Shown here in pieces: positions 13,451 to 26,256 of a stretch of DNA of 64,000 bases (position 1 is the stretch's first letter; every line of letters starts with the position of its first letter). The notes under the pieces are model-generated. The model saw only the letters and a program-made list of their open reading frames with translations, had not been told where the DNA came from and ran no database searches. Where the stretch lies: positions 1,745,757 through 1,809,756 of the forward strand of contig MU054187.1 in the NCBI GenBank assembly GCA_013239625.1, in the 5' to 3' direction. This stretch comes from Lama guanicoe (taxonomy: Eukaryota). The position numbers were made by a program, and so were the translations under genes.

Positions 13451-13828
13451 CTATGAAAAAAAGTCAGACTGTTTTAGTTCACACCAAAAAGACAAGACTG
13501 GGACAAATCTGAGTCATTTTGCGTTTAGCTGGCGTTTGTTCAGTGAAAATGAGACTAATCTGAAACGTTAAATTTTTACCCGAATCCATACGCAGGATTC
13601 TAAAAAAGTGGGTGAGAAGCGTTGCAGGAGTCCCGCCCTTCGAACGGGGCCCAGCGTTCCCGCAGCTCCGCTCTGTGCCGGCTCTGCTGCGGGAGGGGCC
13701 CGGCCACCTCCCGTTCCGCCCGGGCCGGACCCTGCGGGGCAGCCGCCGTCCCCCCTCGGCCGCACGGAGCCTCGCGGGGCCTGCAGGAGGCACGCCGGCC
13801 CGGGCACCGCGTGCCCGCCCGGGGCGGG

Positions 13829-13841
13829 NNNNNNNNNNNNN
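13829..13841. other. Assembly gap (13 N) inside a very GC-rich stretch
   Basis: Run of N seen directly. Confidence 1.
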
Positions 13842-14074
13842 GGGACGGGCGCGCGAGGCCGCTGCCTGCGGGCCGCTGCCTGCTGCCCGCTGCCGGGGGG
13901 CCCCGGGGCCCCGCCGGACCCTCGCCCTGCCCCTGGGCTGCTTGCTCCACTCCCTGCGCTCCCGTTCCCTCCTCAGCGAAACCGGTGTGAAGTCCTCGCT
14001 GTGAGAACTAACGACATAAAACACGGAGCGCTGCGCACTCAGCGGGTCCTCAGTGACCGGAGTTCTTGCCCCAG

Positions 14075-14255
14075 TTTTTTTTCGATTGAAGTACCGTTGG
14101 TTCACAGCGCTGTTGGCTGCCGGTGTGCAGCTGAGTGACTCAGTCGTACGTGTATACACGTGTATTCACTTTCTTACTCCTTTTAATTGCAGGTTTCTGC
14201 AAGACATTGAGCACAGCTCCCTGTGCTCAACAGTAGGTCCTTGTTGTCTACTTCA
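14075..14255 (-). mobile_element. LINE-1 3' end fragment, GC-shifted
   Basis: T-run, then attgaagt...ggtgtgcag...agctccctgtgctcaacagtaggtccttgttg. Aligns by eye to the reverse complement of the L1 at 16011-16375. Confidence 0.75.
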
Positions 14256-14423
14256 TTTTTATTTTTATCTCCATTCTATTTAATTTATTTAAAAAAATCT
14301 TAAAGATGGAAGGAAGCGCAGGCAGTTTCCGATGCGGCGTCCGTGCCTGGCGCACCGCATCGCGCGTCGGTCGCACCTGCGCACGCCCGCGTCCGCGCTC
14401 GCGCTCCTTCTCCGCGCAGGTGG

Positions 14424-14490
14424 AGTCATTAGTTCTTCTGAGACCTTGCCCTTCTTGATGGCCTGCGCGTTGAGAGGACATCCAGACAAG
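14424..14490 (-). CDS. ST18: ST18 exon O, homologous part only: LSGCPLNAQAIKKGKVSEELMT; 3' end and splice donor absent in this sequence
   Basis: Acceptor ttttcacag at 14491. After ATG ACT the frame runs into unrelated GC-rich sequence (PPARRR...) and reaches TAA at 14289-14291. No phase-1 GT donor. Confidence 0.85.
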
Positions 14491-16010
14491 CTGTGAAAAG
14501 AGAAATTACACTGATGTGTGAACATCCACAAAAATTAGAATTCTGTGTCCCCCTCTTCCTGTTTCGGCCGCTGCCTGCTAAGTGCGCTGTCGTCTGAAGT
14601 CTCTTCGCAGGAAATAACGCTACCTGTGAAAACAAGAGCGAAGGACCCTCGAACACTGTAAGACGTTCTGCGTCTTTTCCCTTAAATCAAAATACAAATA
14701 GCTACTGTCGATACTTCACTTCATCACTTGCTGAAACACTGCCGTTTTGCGTTGAACACGGCACCTTCCTTTAGCAGCCGTGATTCTCTGCAAAGGTAAG
14801 ATGGTACCTGTGCAGTTTGCATAAGGATTGCTCCAAATGCGTCAGAATTCCACGCATAACAAAGTAGAATGCAGTTTCTCCTGACCTCGTGCTGGCCATA
14901 CAGACCCAAAACACACCCCCTCCAAGGCAAATTCAGTCTGAGCAGGGGAAAGGCTGTCATGTTTTCTTTAACTTTTAGAACATCATTTGTCAGTAGAAAA
15001 ATCTCTCCGTGAAAGGAAAATAAAAGAACGGCTGTAAGCACCTTCAGGTGCACTCGGTGCCGGGCAGCACAGGGCCCCGGCGGGGTCTGTTCACTTTTCC
15101 TGGCGAGCTGTGCCCTTCACCATGTGTTTCTGGCCTATAATATCATCTGTTTCATTTAAAGTGCACCAAAATGGTACTGACAACACTGAACCAAGCTAAT
15201 TTCCTGCAGTTCATGATAAGATGGTTTTGTTGTTCTCCACAGCCATTCATTCTCTTGCAATTTGGTTATATTTTTGGAGACACAATTTTTAAATACAATT
15301 AAAAATTATCATAATCAGCCATTTAAAATGTCTTTTCCCCAAAGAAATTTGGTTACAATTCACGCATGAAATCATTTTCTATCCAAAGATTAGAACACTC
15401 GGCAAAGTGAAAGAAAATTTTTCTGAAGCAGAGTCCTTCATAAATGTTTGCAGAATGAGTGTCTTTTTTAAGAATTTTAAATGATTCCATATTAAGATTA
15501 TATGGAATAAAACAATAAGAGATAAGTAATATTACACATAAAAGGACAGCTATGTGGTTTGCCAGGATTTGATAAATTATGAACTATTTTACACAGGAGA
15601 AAAAAGTAATGAAAAAGCAGAAGCTGAACTGTGAACCTGATTTTTCTATTTTGGAAGCTCCTCGTTGTAAAGAGTGGCCTGCATAAGTTTACCTTTTTTT
15701 CCTGGAAAGTCTGCCCAAGTCTGTCTTGTTTTATGCCACACACTGTGTTCTCATGTTTAGTTGATAAGCTGGATTTTAACAGTGACCTGCAGGAAATCTG
15801 TTTGTAATACCTCCTCATAAAGTCTCCAACTCTGCCCTCAGGATCTGCTGTGTCCAGACGACAGGGTGCTGACGTGTCCAGGTATAACGGGTGTAGAAAG
15901 GTCATGAACCCCCACCCCCCCAAAACCAGAAGACTTAGAACCGAATACAGTGAAGTGATGGAAATGAGGCTTTGTTTTAAAAAATGCCACTGGAAAAAAA
16001 TGTCATTCTA

Positions 16011-16375
16011 AAAAAAAAAAGATATAATGAGCTTATTTACAAACCAGAAATGTACTCACAGGTGTAGAAAACAAACTATGGTTACCAAAGGGGAGAGGGG
16101 TTGGGGGAAGAGGAGATAAATCAGGGGTTTGGGGTTTGCAGATACAATTACTACTTATAAAATAGATAAACGACAAGGACCTGCTGTGCAGCACAGGGAA
16201 CTGTATGCCGTACTTTGTAATCACCTATAATGGAAAAGAATCTGAAAAACTATGTATGTATATATGTGTGTGTATATATCTATATATATATGTGTATATA
16301 TATATATGAATAACTTTGCTGTACACCAGAAACTGACACAACATTGTAAATCAACTGACTTCAATTAAAAGAAAA
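16011..16375 (+). mobile_element. LINE-1 3' UTR fragment with internal TA/TG microsatellite
   Basis: aaacaaactatggttaccaaagggg...cagcacagggaact...gctgtacaccagaaact...acattgtaaatcaact. Confidence 0.85.
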
Positions 16376-17063
16376 ATCAAATCCCTAAAAAAATTTTAAA
16401 AAATGCAACTGGGTGTTTTATGTCTCCCAATGTAGTTATATCTTTCAGGATATAAAATAAATCCTAAATGTAAGAAAACTGAGGCAGGAAAATATTTTAA
16501 AAGTCCTGTTTCCTCTGGAGGATGGCCACATCCTCTGCAAGTCTCAACCTCACTGCACAGGGAAAAAGGAAGGCTGGCTGAGCGTCACCTTGAGGGTCTG
16601 GGCTCCACACTGAAAAGGCAGGAAAAATGTGTCTTACACGGCTTGGACCAAATTCGCAGTTCTATTCAGGCACGTGAAGGCAATTTTAGACTATATCTTC
16701 ACTTGCCCTGTTACAGCAGAATGGCCAATGACAAATCTGTGCAGTGGACGTCACTGTCTGTAATGTATTAATAAACCTCAGTAAAAGTACAGAGCTATGG
16801 GTGGCACTAAACGAATTCCGTTCGTCACAGAACTTATGGTTTTAAAGCTGCAAACCTCCGTGATGATGTGTGTGTGTCTGTGCACTTAACATAGTATCGC
16901 TTGTCTTCTCAGCTGTTATTTTTTTCCAGAGTGGAAGTGTGTAACACTTAATGAAAGGTTTTAAAGTAATTAGTATGTAAATGTAATGCTTGTATAATGC
17001 ACACGTAATTGTTTTCAACTGTCCTCCAAGGTAAGTTTTGAATTATCCCCATTTTGCTGAATC

Positions 17064-17500
17064 TTTTTGATTAAATTAGTCAGTTTATAACGTTGTGTTA
17101 GCTCCTGGGGCGCAGCACAGTGAGTCAGTTACACATACGTATTACAAGGTATTGGGTACAGTTCCCTGTGCTACACTGTAAGACCTCGTTGTTTATCATT
17201 TTATGTATCGTAGTTTGTATCTGCAAATTTTGAACTCCCAATCTATCCCTCCCCCCTTTCCCCTCTGGTAACCATGGTTTGTTTCCTATGTCCGTGAGTC
17301 TGTTTCTGTTTTGTAAGTAAGTTTACTAGTGTCGTTTTTAAAGATTCCACATATGAGTGATATCATATGATATTTTTCTTTCTCTTTCTGACTTATTTCA
17401 CTTAGAATGATGATCTCCAGGTCCATCCCTGTTGCTGCAAATGGCATTATTTTCTTCTTTTTTTTATGGTTGAGTAATACTTCATTGAATATATATATAT
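17064..17500 (-). mobile_element. LINE-1 fragment (ORF2 C-terminus plus 3' UTR)
   Basis: ORF 17286..17504 encodes IMPFAATGMDLEIIILSEISQKEKEKYHMISLICGI, which resembles the L1 ORF2p C-terminus. Confidence 0.9.
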
Positions 17501-19943
17501 TCATATATATATTTGAATTGAATATTCATTGAATATATATATATTTATTTATTTATTTATTTATTTATTCAGGGTTTGTAAAGGTTTAAGGGGTTAAACC
17601 TCGTGAGGAGCTTAGAGCAGGGCTCTCTGCTGGGACAAAGTGTCCTGAACAGAGGTTAGCTGCTGTTGGGCATCAGAAAGACAGCTGACCACCCTCAGGG
17701 TGTCAGGGCCGAGGTACAGAACAAACAAAGACGTGCTGTAGGTCAGAACGTGCTTGTCCAGTGTGCCGTTCCTGCCTCACTGGATGGCCGCACACCTACA
17801 CACACAGCCATGTGACTGTGCAAAAGGGAAAGGAGTTATCTGTGCTGAACATCTGGTATGTGCCCGGCAACAAGGTAGATATTTTATTACGCTGTTTGTT
17901 TAAATCCTGTGTATAGTTTTAAACAAAAGCATTCCACCCCAAAGGGAATATCCCAGATTAAATGTGGTCTCTTCCATCCTGTGAGTAATGAGTGAAAAAC
18001 AGTGGAATCTGAATCACTCACTTGTCTAAACTTTTAATTATTTTTCTTCTCGTGGAAAGAGTCTCTGCATTGACACTGCAGCCTACGATTTTAACTCCTA
18101 ATTTCCTTCTGCTTATTGTGAAATAAACAGTATGTACGCAGACACACACAATGTGTGTTTGCGGTTTAAAGAACGCCCTTGAGGAGAACACCCTGAATTC
18201 ACCGCCAGGCACAAAACACGCTGAGACCCCTGTGCCCCGAGTGACAGCAGTCGCCTGTCCCCCTGAGACAGCCGGCAACTAGAATTCGAGATGAATAATT
18301 ATTTTGCCTTTTATTTCTTTTCCTTTTTATCTTTTTTTTCGGAATAAGGAAGGATTTATTATTACTGGAAGCAAGTTAAGAACACTGGAGAGTTTTCCCA
18401 AACCAGTGTCTGTACCTCACTTTTTAAAATGCAATTCTGTTGCATGTTTTTTCGCTGTTTGGAAACAGAATCATACCACACAGATGCCTCTGCGCTGCTT
18501 CCCACTCAGCACTTGCTCTAAACCCGCCTGCCGGTGCCTTTATGTCCACACCATGCAGGGGGCCCCGCACATGGAACCACTGCTGTTCCCGACACTGCAG
18601 GCGGGCGTGGTGGGTGGTCCCAGCCTGGGGCAGGGGGAGCAGCGCTGCACCCTGGGACACGTCAGGTCTCCAGGCTCCAGGGAGCAGGCGAGGCTGCAGG
18701 GCGGCTGGACGGCAGGGCACCTGCACCTGCTTCCTTACATCTGACTCTGAAGGCAGTCGGCATCCTGACAGGGTTCTGCCGACTCCTCCTCCCCCTGCAG
18801 CACCAGGGGGTCCCCGCCGCTCCGCACCCTCCCCAGGCCTCGGCGGCATCATTTACGACTCCACGATTTTCACAGAGATTGTCTTGTTCTCACTGAGGGC
18901 TGTGCTCACCCCCGTCCGGCATTAGTATTTCACGATCAGGGTCAACACGGATCTTACAGGGTCCGCGATGAGGCAGGCCAGACGCTGCGGCCAGTGTGCC
19001 GTCAGGCGGCTTGACCGGCGCTGCCGTTCCCGATCACAGGATGATGGCGCAGACTCAGGCGGACTCAGCGTGTGCTGCTGTGAACCCGACCGGGCGTCTG
19101 ACAACCATCAGAAAACAAACTACTTAAAAAGTGCAGCTTCTCTCTAGAAGCGGGTGTGGCTCTTGGAAAGCTTCATTTCCTGACGCCATTGATGACAGGT
19201 ACCTCGAGGGTGGGACAGGCATCGAAATGCCCAGCGTGGCCCGTCTGCACCTGCGCATCAGCAGAGCTTCCATGGATCTGAACTCTGCACCACGCACGGG
19301 GGCCCCACCTGCAGGGTGTGGGGACTGAAGACACGGGTGGAGTCTCCCAGCTCCTCTCCTTGACGCAGAACGTGGGACAAAGCCCTGGACGAAGGTCAGC
19401 GATGCCTGCAGGCCGCCCGGGGATGAAGGCATCGCGTCACCGTGAGACTAGACAGCCCCGGGCCTCCCATTCTGTGTCCGTGGCAGTCACTGCGACGTGC
19501 TCTTTCTGGCCGCTGCTCCCAGCCACAAAAGAACTACAGTTTGGTCTGAGCTCGAGCCAGTCCCCAGGGGAAAGGATCGGCAGGAGTGTGTAAAGTGAAA
19601 GTTCACGGCCACACGGCGTCGGAGAGTCAGTATCACCCGTGGAACTGGAGCGAACCGTCCGGAGGCGGGTCCTTCACGAAGGGGCAGCAGGAGGAATATT
19701 TTGGAACAAAACCCACACAAAGCTATCAGGGCCCTTGGAGAGTGTGCAGTGAGATTTCAGAAAGAGAGAAAATGACATTGCCCGTCCTTCAGACTAGGCA
19801 GATACCCAGCTGGCAAGACTCGGCTGGAGTGACATCTAAGGGGCTCTGGTTAACGACCTGGGGGGGGTCCTCTCGCCTCCCTCGAGCCATCCGGGACACA
19901 AACAACCACAACGATGCGACAGAAAGACGGAGAGCGGGGTTAC

Positions 19944-20165
19944 CTCCGGTGGGTGACGAAGACGCTGTTGACGTGGCCCAGGCCGCTGCAGCCGGGCAGG
20001 GGGCAGTGCGGGAGCTCCTGCCTGTTCGGCTTCCCGGGGAGCGGCGCCCCGCTGAGCGGGCTCTCCTTCTGTCTCTTGGCGGCCAGGGGACAGCCGGAAG
20101 CCGTGCGGTGGGAGGTGTATTTACCCGACACGTGACCTTGGCCGTCACACCCGACCACAGGGCAC
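19944..20165 (-). CDS. ST18: ST18 exon N (222 bp), zinc finger 5 and first part of zinc finger 6
   Basis: Encodes [25 protein letters not shown]...[20 protein letters not shown]. Acceptor ctccctag, donor GTAACC. Phase 2-2. Confidence 0.96.
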
Positions 20166-21022
20166 CTAGGGAGACACAGCAGAGACGTCACTTGCCGGGA
20201 GAGACCAGACGAGGCAGGTGCAGCCCTGAGCGAGGAAGGAGGCGGTGGCGAGTCCAAACCACCCGGGAGGCGAGGGGGGCGATGGCAGTGTCCAACAGAT
20301 GCCCCTTCCACCCGGGAACAGCCGGTGTTAGCAGCAGTGGTCCCCAGGCTCGGAGCTGAGCAATTTGCATGCGTGAGATCAGGTAACCTTCTCTGCACAC
20401 CTGGCGGGCAGAGATGCCATTATCCCATCTTGTCGGCGGGGAGAAGGAGCTTCCGAGAGCTCGGGGAACTTGTCTCACACTTAACAAGAATGGAGTCAAG
20501 TGCTGGCCACACTTTGCAGCTCTAGAGACAGCCAGGTAAGGGCCGTGCTGGGGTCACGCCGTGTCCAGGCCGAGGCCGAGGGGAAAACAGACGCTTCCTC
20601 GCCCTCTGTCACAGAGCCCCCTGCTCGTAGAGCAGCTGGTTTCCCAGTGTCTCAGGACTGTGTTTAGACTGCAGAGCGGGCGATTTGCGGGTCTGCCTGT
20701 GTCTGCACTTACCCCCCGAGGCCCCCCTATTTCGCAGAGGAGGGAATTCACTTTAGACAAAATTTCACCTTAAACAAAAGTAAAGGGTCAGGGAACACGC
20801 TGGCAGGTTTGTCACCCTGGCACACGGCCACAACGCTGCTTTCCTTTGAAACAGCTGGCTTCCCAGACCCCCTCCCCTCCTAGGGGAGCCCTGCTGGAAC
20901 GGGGAGGGTCCCTCCAGCCTCCAGGCCTCTGCCGCTGCTCCGGGGCCTCCTGGCCAAGGTCCCGCCGGCTCAACCCCCGAGCACCCCCTGCCCTGCGCTG
21001 GGGCCTCGGCCCCTGAACTTAC

Positions 21023-21103
21023 TTGAGTTCAGGGTCCTCTTTCTCTTCCTTTGCAGGAGTCACCTTGACACCACCTTTCCTGGCGCGAGGACAGCCGGAC
21101 AGG
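21023..21103 (-). CDS. ST18: ST18 exon M (81 bp): [26 protein letters not shown]
   Basis: Follows a 96-bp intron. Acceptor tttttcag, donor GTAAGT. Phase 2-2. Confidence 0.95.
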
Positions 21104-21198
21104 CTGAAAAACGGACCGGACAAAGAGCAAAGCAGAACCATGTGACCTCACGGGCGGCTGGACACTCGGCTTTCCACCCTCGGGGGGGCTCAGTCCTA

Positions 21199-21411
<213 letters not shown>

Positions 21412-23782
21412 TTAAAGGCGACGTTGAGCTGTGTAACTACTGCCCCATGCTCGGCAGGCAACGTCTTAGGTGTTACCCTGCATTCTTTTTTTCCGCTTTT
21501 TAACCCTTATTCTGGAAGGAACCTGAAATTCTACCCACGGCTGACTGCTGGGCCTCTGTCTACATCCTGCGAAGTTCTTACCTCTTGCTTAAGAAAAAGA
21601 GTTGCCAAATTGTTTATGTGCATCATTTATTTTCTTTGATTTGCTCCACCCCCAGAGGGTCCTGCCAGTTCAGATGGACAACAGTGGTGTCTGGGGACCC
21701 CAGAGACCTGGCAGATTCCTGTAGATGCCAAAGGACTGAGGACATTTTGCACCTGCTTGGCCCTGCTTAGACGGCCTTTTGGAAAATCTACCATTAACTC
21801 CGACCAACAATCAACGTTTGAATTTGGAATCAGGAGCGTGAAGAAGGAAAGAGAATCCAATCCTACTTGGAATGCTAATTAGGAACAAGTTTTAAAATAC
21901 ACTTGAAGACAAAAATACACAGAGATTCTCACATTTCTGTTGCCTTTAAAAAATGCCAAATAGAAATGAAAACAGAGTCTGTCATAAAACGTTTGCTTCC
22001 CTGAAGGCCCTGTGGACAACGTCATTGTGATTACTTCACTTGTACGCCCACCCTGGGGGCGGCTTTCTCCCCAAACAAGAGTTTGAGGAAAATAGTAACC
22101 CAAAGAAGCATGTCAACAACACTCCTTTTCGTCAGTTCTAACCCACTGAACCTCCACGGAAATGCCTCTTGTTCAATCTGGAGGCAAAGTACAGGGAGCG
22201 AATGCTTTTTTCGAAGGAAATGTGAAACCAGCACACATCTTGTCAAGGTCACCGGGGGACCCTGCTCTGGTTCTTGAATCAACCGCTTAGAGATTTAACA
22301 TGTATTCTATGTTGTGGGCGAGGCACAGACGCTCGTCTTTTTCTATTAATATTTTTAGTAAAATGGTTAGTCATTTACTAACACATTGCTATCCTGGAGA
22401 AATCTGTGCCCAAAGCCTTGTTTTGCAGTCCTCCCCGACTATCTAAGCCTGAGGTCAATGAAATGTCGCTTTTTCTTCTTTGTACAGAAGAAAGCCAGAG
22501 GTGCTGAGTATCGGATGGCTGCACGAAACATGCCAACACCAAATGTCGCTAGAGAACCTTGCAGTCGACATGCTTTCAACGTACTAGCGACGTTTCTTCT
22601 CTGGAAATAATGTTTAGAGAAAAGACTGAGAACCGATAGCTGTTTTAAAGATCTGGCACCGCAGAAGCTTAAAGCAATTGACTAAGACTGAATAAATAAG
22701 TGCTGAGTAATTGAGTTTAAGTAAGACTGAGGAAGAATGTCTGGCCCTTTTCTCAACCCGCTCATTAGTCTCCACGTCACATTCTTACATTTCGGTCTAA
22801 AAAAATGGTTGTCAGCCAGACGACTTCTAGAATCTACACTGACGATTAATTGTGCGTTCACTTTGAAAATGGGAACAGTTGCATATTTTATAGTCGTCTT
22901 TTCTAGTGACGGCGCTAAAGTTCAGCATTTTTATACCTGTTTAGTAAACGTCACATCTTCTTTCATAAACTTTTTGGGGTAATTTTTAGATAAATTTCAA
23001 ACAAGTTAAAAAAATGAAAATATGAAGAAAATATTGAGAAAATATAATAACTGAAATTTTATGTGTCAGTTCGATACCAAATGTTGATTCTACGATTTAC
23101 ACAAATACTATTTTATCACTAGACTTAGTTAGTAACACTCATTTTTCCTAAAATATTATTACGTGCAAATAAACTTTATCCACTTTGTTTAAGGTTATTC
23201 TCTAGCTTTTCTAAATATATGCCTTACTGTATTTTTAAAGGGCAGAGAGTAGATTGTAACTTTTTATTAGTCTATCTATATGATAATAACACACGAAAAT
23301 AAGAGGTGAGGATCTTGGGCTAAAAGAAGGTAAGAGTAGGAAAAATAAAATCAATAAATAAAAGCTAATAGCCATGTGACTCTGAGGTCCTGGAGACCAG
23401 GTAGGAATGAGCCCAAATTGTGTCCAGCACCCAAAAGTGAAAGGCAGTCCTGTGACTCAAAATGCCCAGAAGGCAAAGAGTCGTGTAGTTGTCTTGAAGT
23501 CAGAGAATGACGGGGCTTCCCGCACCCTCCTGGGTCTCATTTAGGACGTGAGCCCTGAGATGAACAGAATAATGACGTTGTGGTGAGCATCACTGCTTTA
23601 AAAAAAACATAAAACCCTGGAGGCCAGCAGAGTAACCAACTTCAATGGCACGGATTCGGGCCTAGTCATTTGAAGTTTCTGATACAAAAGCTCGTGGGTG
23701 GTCACTGAGTTGGGCGCGATCTGCCACTGGTTGGGGCCCCGCTGGTCGGACGAGGACCCGGAGGCTGGGCTCCCACACTCAC

Positions 23783-23851
23783 TTCAGCTCCTGAGAGTTA
23801 GCGGCCATGAGGGATTTCAGAGTCTTATCCGCCAGAGGACATCCGGACACA
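23783..23851 (-). CDS. ST18: ST18 exon K (69 bp): VSGCPLADKTLKSLMAANSQEL
   Basis: Acceptor cctccgtag, donor GTGAGT. Phase 2-2. Confidence 0.95.
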
Positions 23852-24569
23852 CTACGGAGGGAGGAGAAAGGCAAAGACAGAAACACACAGGCTGACGCCC
23901 CAGCCCGACCCACCGGCAGCCGGAGCTTGTGAACAACATGCTGAGTCCTCTGACGGGGTTGAGGAACGGAACCAGGTCTGAACCTGGCCCTGCTGCTCTA
24001 GCAGGTCTGGGCTCTGGGCACCTTAATTACTTCTCGTGGACTCAGGGTTGCTATGTACCAAATGAGGGGTTTCAGCGCAGGGAGACCCCCAGCTCCGGAA
24101 CTCAGTGAGGCAGTGATGACTGACATTGGCCCCCCCCGCCCGCAGCACTGGGGGATGGCGCCCAGGGGTGAGTCAGGCGGGTGGAAGGGCCGGACGCAGC
24201 CTCTCTGCACCGCACAGCTTCGAACCCACCGCTGGCCGCCCGCCCGGGCCTGGGTCACGGCTGCCTGTCTTTGCTCTCGCTTGAGTCCTAAAGCCAGACA
24301 GGGCCAAAGCCCGGCGTAAACTGCCTCCGGGCCGCCGCCTGGCCTGCAGGATCAGAAAACCGTTTTTGACGAAACCAGTCTGATTTCTGTCCTACGTAAG
24401 TACACAGATGGAATGTTTAACTTTGCCTTGTTTCTGCAGAACAAAACTAACCGAAAACCCAACTAACTCGGTCTCCGGTTTCTGATCCAGACAATCTCTT
24501 TCTGGAACGGGAGAGAGCAAGGACTTCAGCGGGCAGGGCGAGGAAAGCCCAGCCGCGGAGGCGCGGTAC

Positions 24570-24632
24570 CTGCGATGGGAGGCGTAGTTTCCGGTGACGT
24601 GGCCGCTCCCGTCGCATCCCGGCGTCGGGCAG
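24570..24632 (-). CDS. ST18: ST18 exon J (63 bp), zinc finger 3: [20 protein letters not shown]
   Basis: Acceptor gacccag, donor GTACCG. Phase 2-2. Confidence 0.95.
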
Positions 24633-25399
24633 CTGGGTCAGCAAAAACACGGAATTAGGGTCAAGTGCACTGCACAGGTTCGTCTGCTCTGTCTGATGGG
24701 TTACAGGGTAGCCTCCGTCTTCAAGGTCAGCTAACAGAGTCTAGGACACGCAGGAGCCGGCGAGCTAAGGATGTCGGGTCCATGAGCACCGGGCACGGGC
24801 TCAGGGGAAACTGGCCTGACCAGGAGGCACTGGTTTCCAGCATCACATCCAGGTGTCTGATTCAGGTGATGCAGGGGAGTGATGCTGAAACCTGTGTCCT
24901 GGTGACGCCTGTGGGTCTGCAGTCAAGGACTTCTACTCCTTTGAAGATACGAGTCATAAAAACAAATATTATAAACCTGGGCTTTGTCATGACAGCAGCT
25001 CTTAGGAATCCTGGCACCAGTTTTACCCCAGATTTCAAATAGAAATTCTTGTGATTGTTTTTGGAAGAGAAGGATTACGTAGTAACGTCATAAACATGTC
25101 AGAAAACATCTGAGAAAGAAGACCCTTGAAAGTGCTTCATGTGACTGAAATGTGAACGGACACTCTAGACGGAAAGTTGCTGGCGGCACAGAAGTAGTCG
25201 GGAAGTTCAGTTTATAAAGCTCGTGACCGGTTCCATCCAAAGGTTTGAACCCAGCAAAGATGCTCGCCAATTAAGCACCTCAGCAGCGAGCCCCCCAGGC
25301 TGTCTGCCCAAGACCAGAGTCTGTCCCGTGCACTTTGTTTATCTCAGAAACCGGTCCCATTCTATGCCTCTTAGGTGTGTTTTTAAAATAACACTAAAA

Positions 25400-25537
25400 G
25401 GGGAGGGCATAGCTCAGCGGTAGAGAGCCTGCTTAGCATGCATGAGGTCCTGCGGCAATCCCCAGTACCTCCATGAAATAATAAATAAATAAACCTAAAA
25501 TTAAACCTAATTATCTTCCCCTAAATATAAAAAAAAA
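25400..25537 (+). mobile_element. tRNA-Ala-derived SINE (camelid Vic-1-like)
   Basis: ggggagggcatagctcagcggtagag...cttagcatgcatgaggtcc...ccccagtacctcca, then an (AAAT)n/A tail. B box is damaged. Confidence 0.8.
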
Positions 25538-26256
25538 TTGCTTTTAATTGAATTAAATTAAAGTAACGTATCTTGAGCAGTTTCGCTTCCATAGTTAATA
25601 GATTCCTTGACCTGAGTCACCTATATATTTGCTGCTGACTGCTGGAAAGTCGCTGGCTGGAGCAAGCGGGCCAGCCCCAGCCCACTCAGTGCTCCGGTGG
25701 CGGTGCCAGTGATCCCAGGAAAGTCAGCTCCGTCACCGGTGCTTCCTGATGTTTTAGGCACCAGGCCTAAAGTGAAGGCTTTCCCACGTGCAGAATAGAA
25801 TCTGCCCTCACGAAGGGACGTTGGGGCGGATTGGAGACATTCAAGGTTTTCAGAAATGTCACCTTCGAAGCGCCTTATCCCTGTGAGCTACCTTTCAGTC
25901 ATTCTCAGGCACTCGAGAGAAGCTGTAAGAGTTAGAACATCTCCATCTCAGAGAAATGCCTGACTGTCAGGACTTGATCTCAGGGCAACCAGCTAGCACC
26001 CGGCTCCCTCCCACCAGCCCGGCCACCACCCTACTTTTTCCTGGACGGGACATCTGAAAGGAAAACGCGCAAGCTACAAATACAGGTAAACACGGAAAGA
26101 AAAAAAAGAACAGTGATTAACACCTGGGCCGAGTTATCCTGCAGGTGCCATTCACCCACTAAATGGAGACACAGTCTGTTCTGACTGTTGCACGGCTGGA
26201 ATATTTAGAGCCTGGGAGCCGGGTCGTCATTGAGTGAGAACTCCCACTTTGGAATA

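Larger units (their letters stand above)
13620..14423. promoter_or_regulatory. Intronic CpG-island-like region spanning the gap
   Basis: Very high GC and CpG density at 13620-14070 and 14315-14423. Function unknown. Confidence 0.45.

Noticed and set aside
13479..14159. Several long overlapping ORFs across the gap
   Set aside because: Result of extreme GC content and Ns; low-complexity Pro/Arg/Gly/Ala translations.
14148..14161. 14-bp palindrome acgtgtatacacgt
   Set aside because: Derived from the purine-pyrimidine microsatellite inside the L1 remnant.
19586..20359. 257-aa plus-strand ORF
   Set aside because: Antisense shadow of GC-rich exon N; no recognisable domain.
25400..25473. tRNA-Ala(AGC)-like genes here and at 53753 and 54186
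   Set aside because: Broken stems or B box, shared A-rich tails and TSD-like flanks indicate SINEs rather than tRNA genes.
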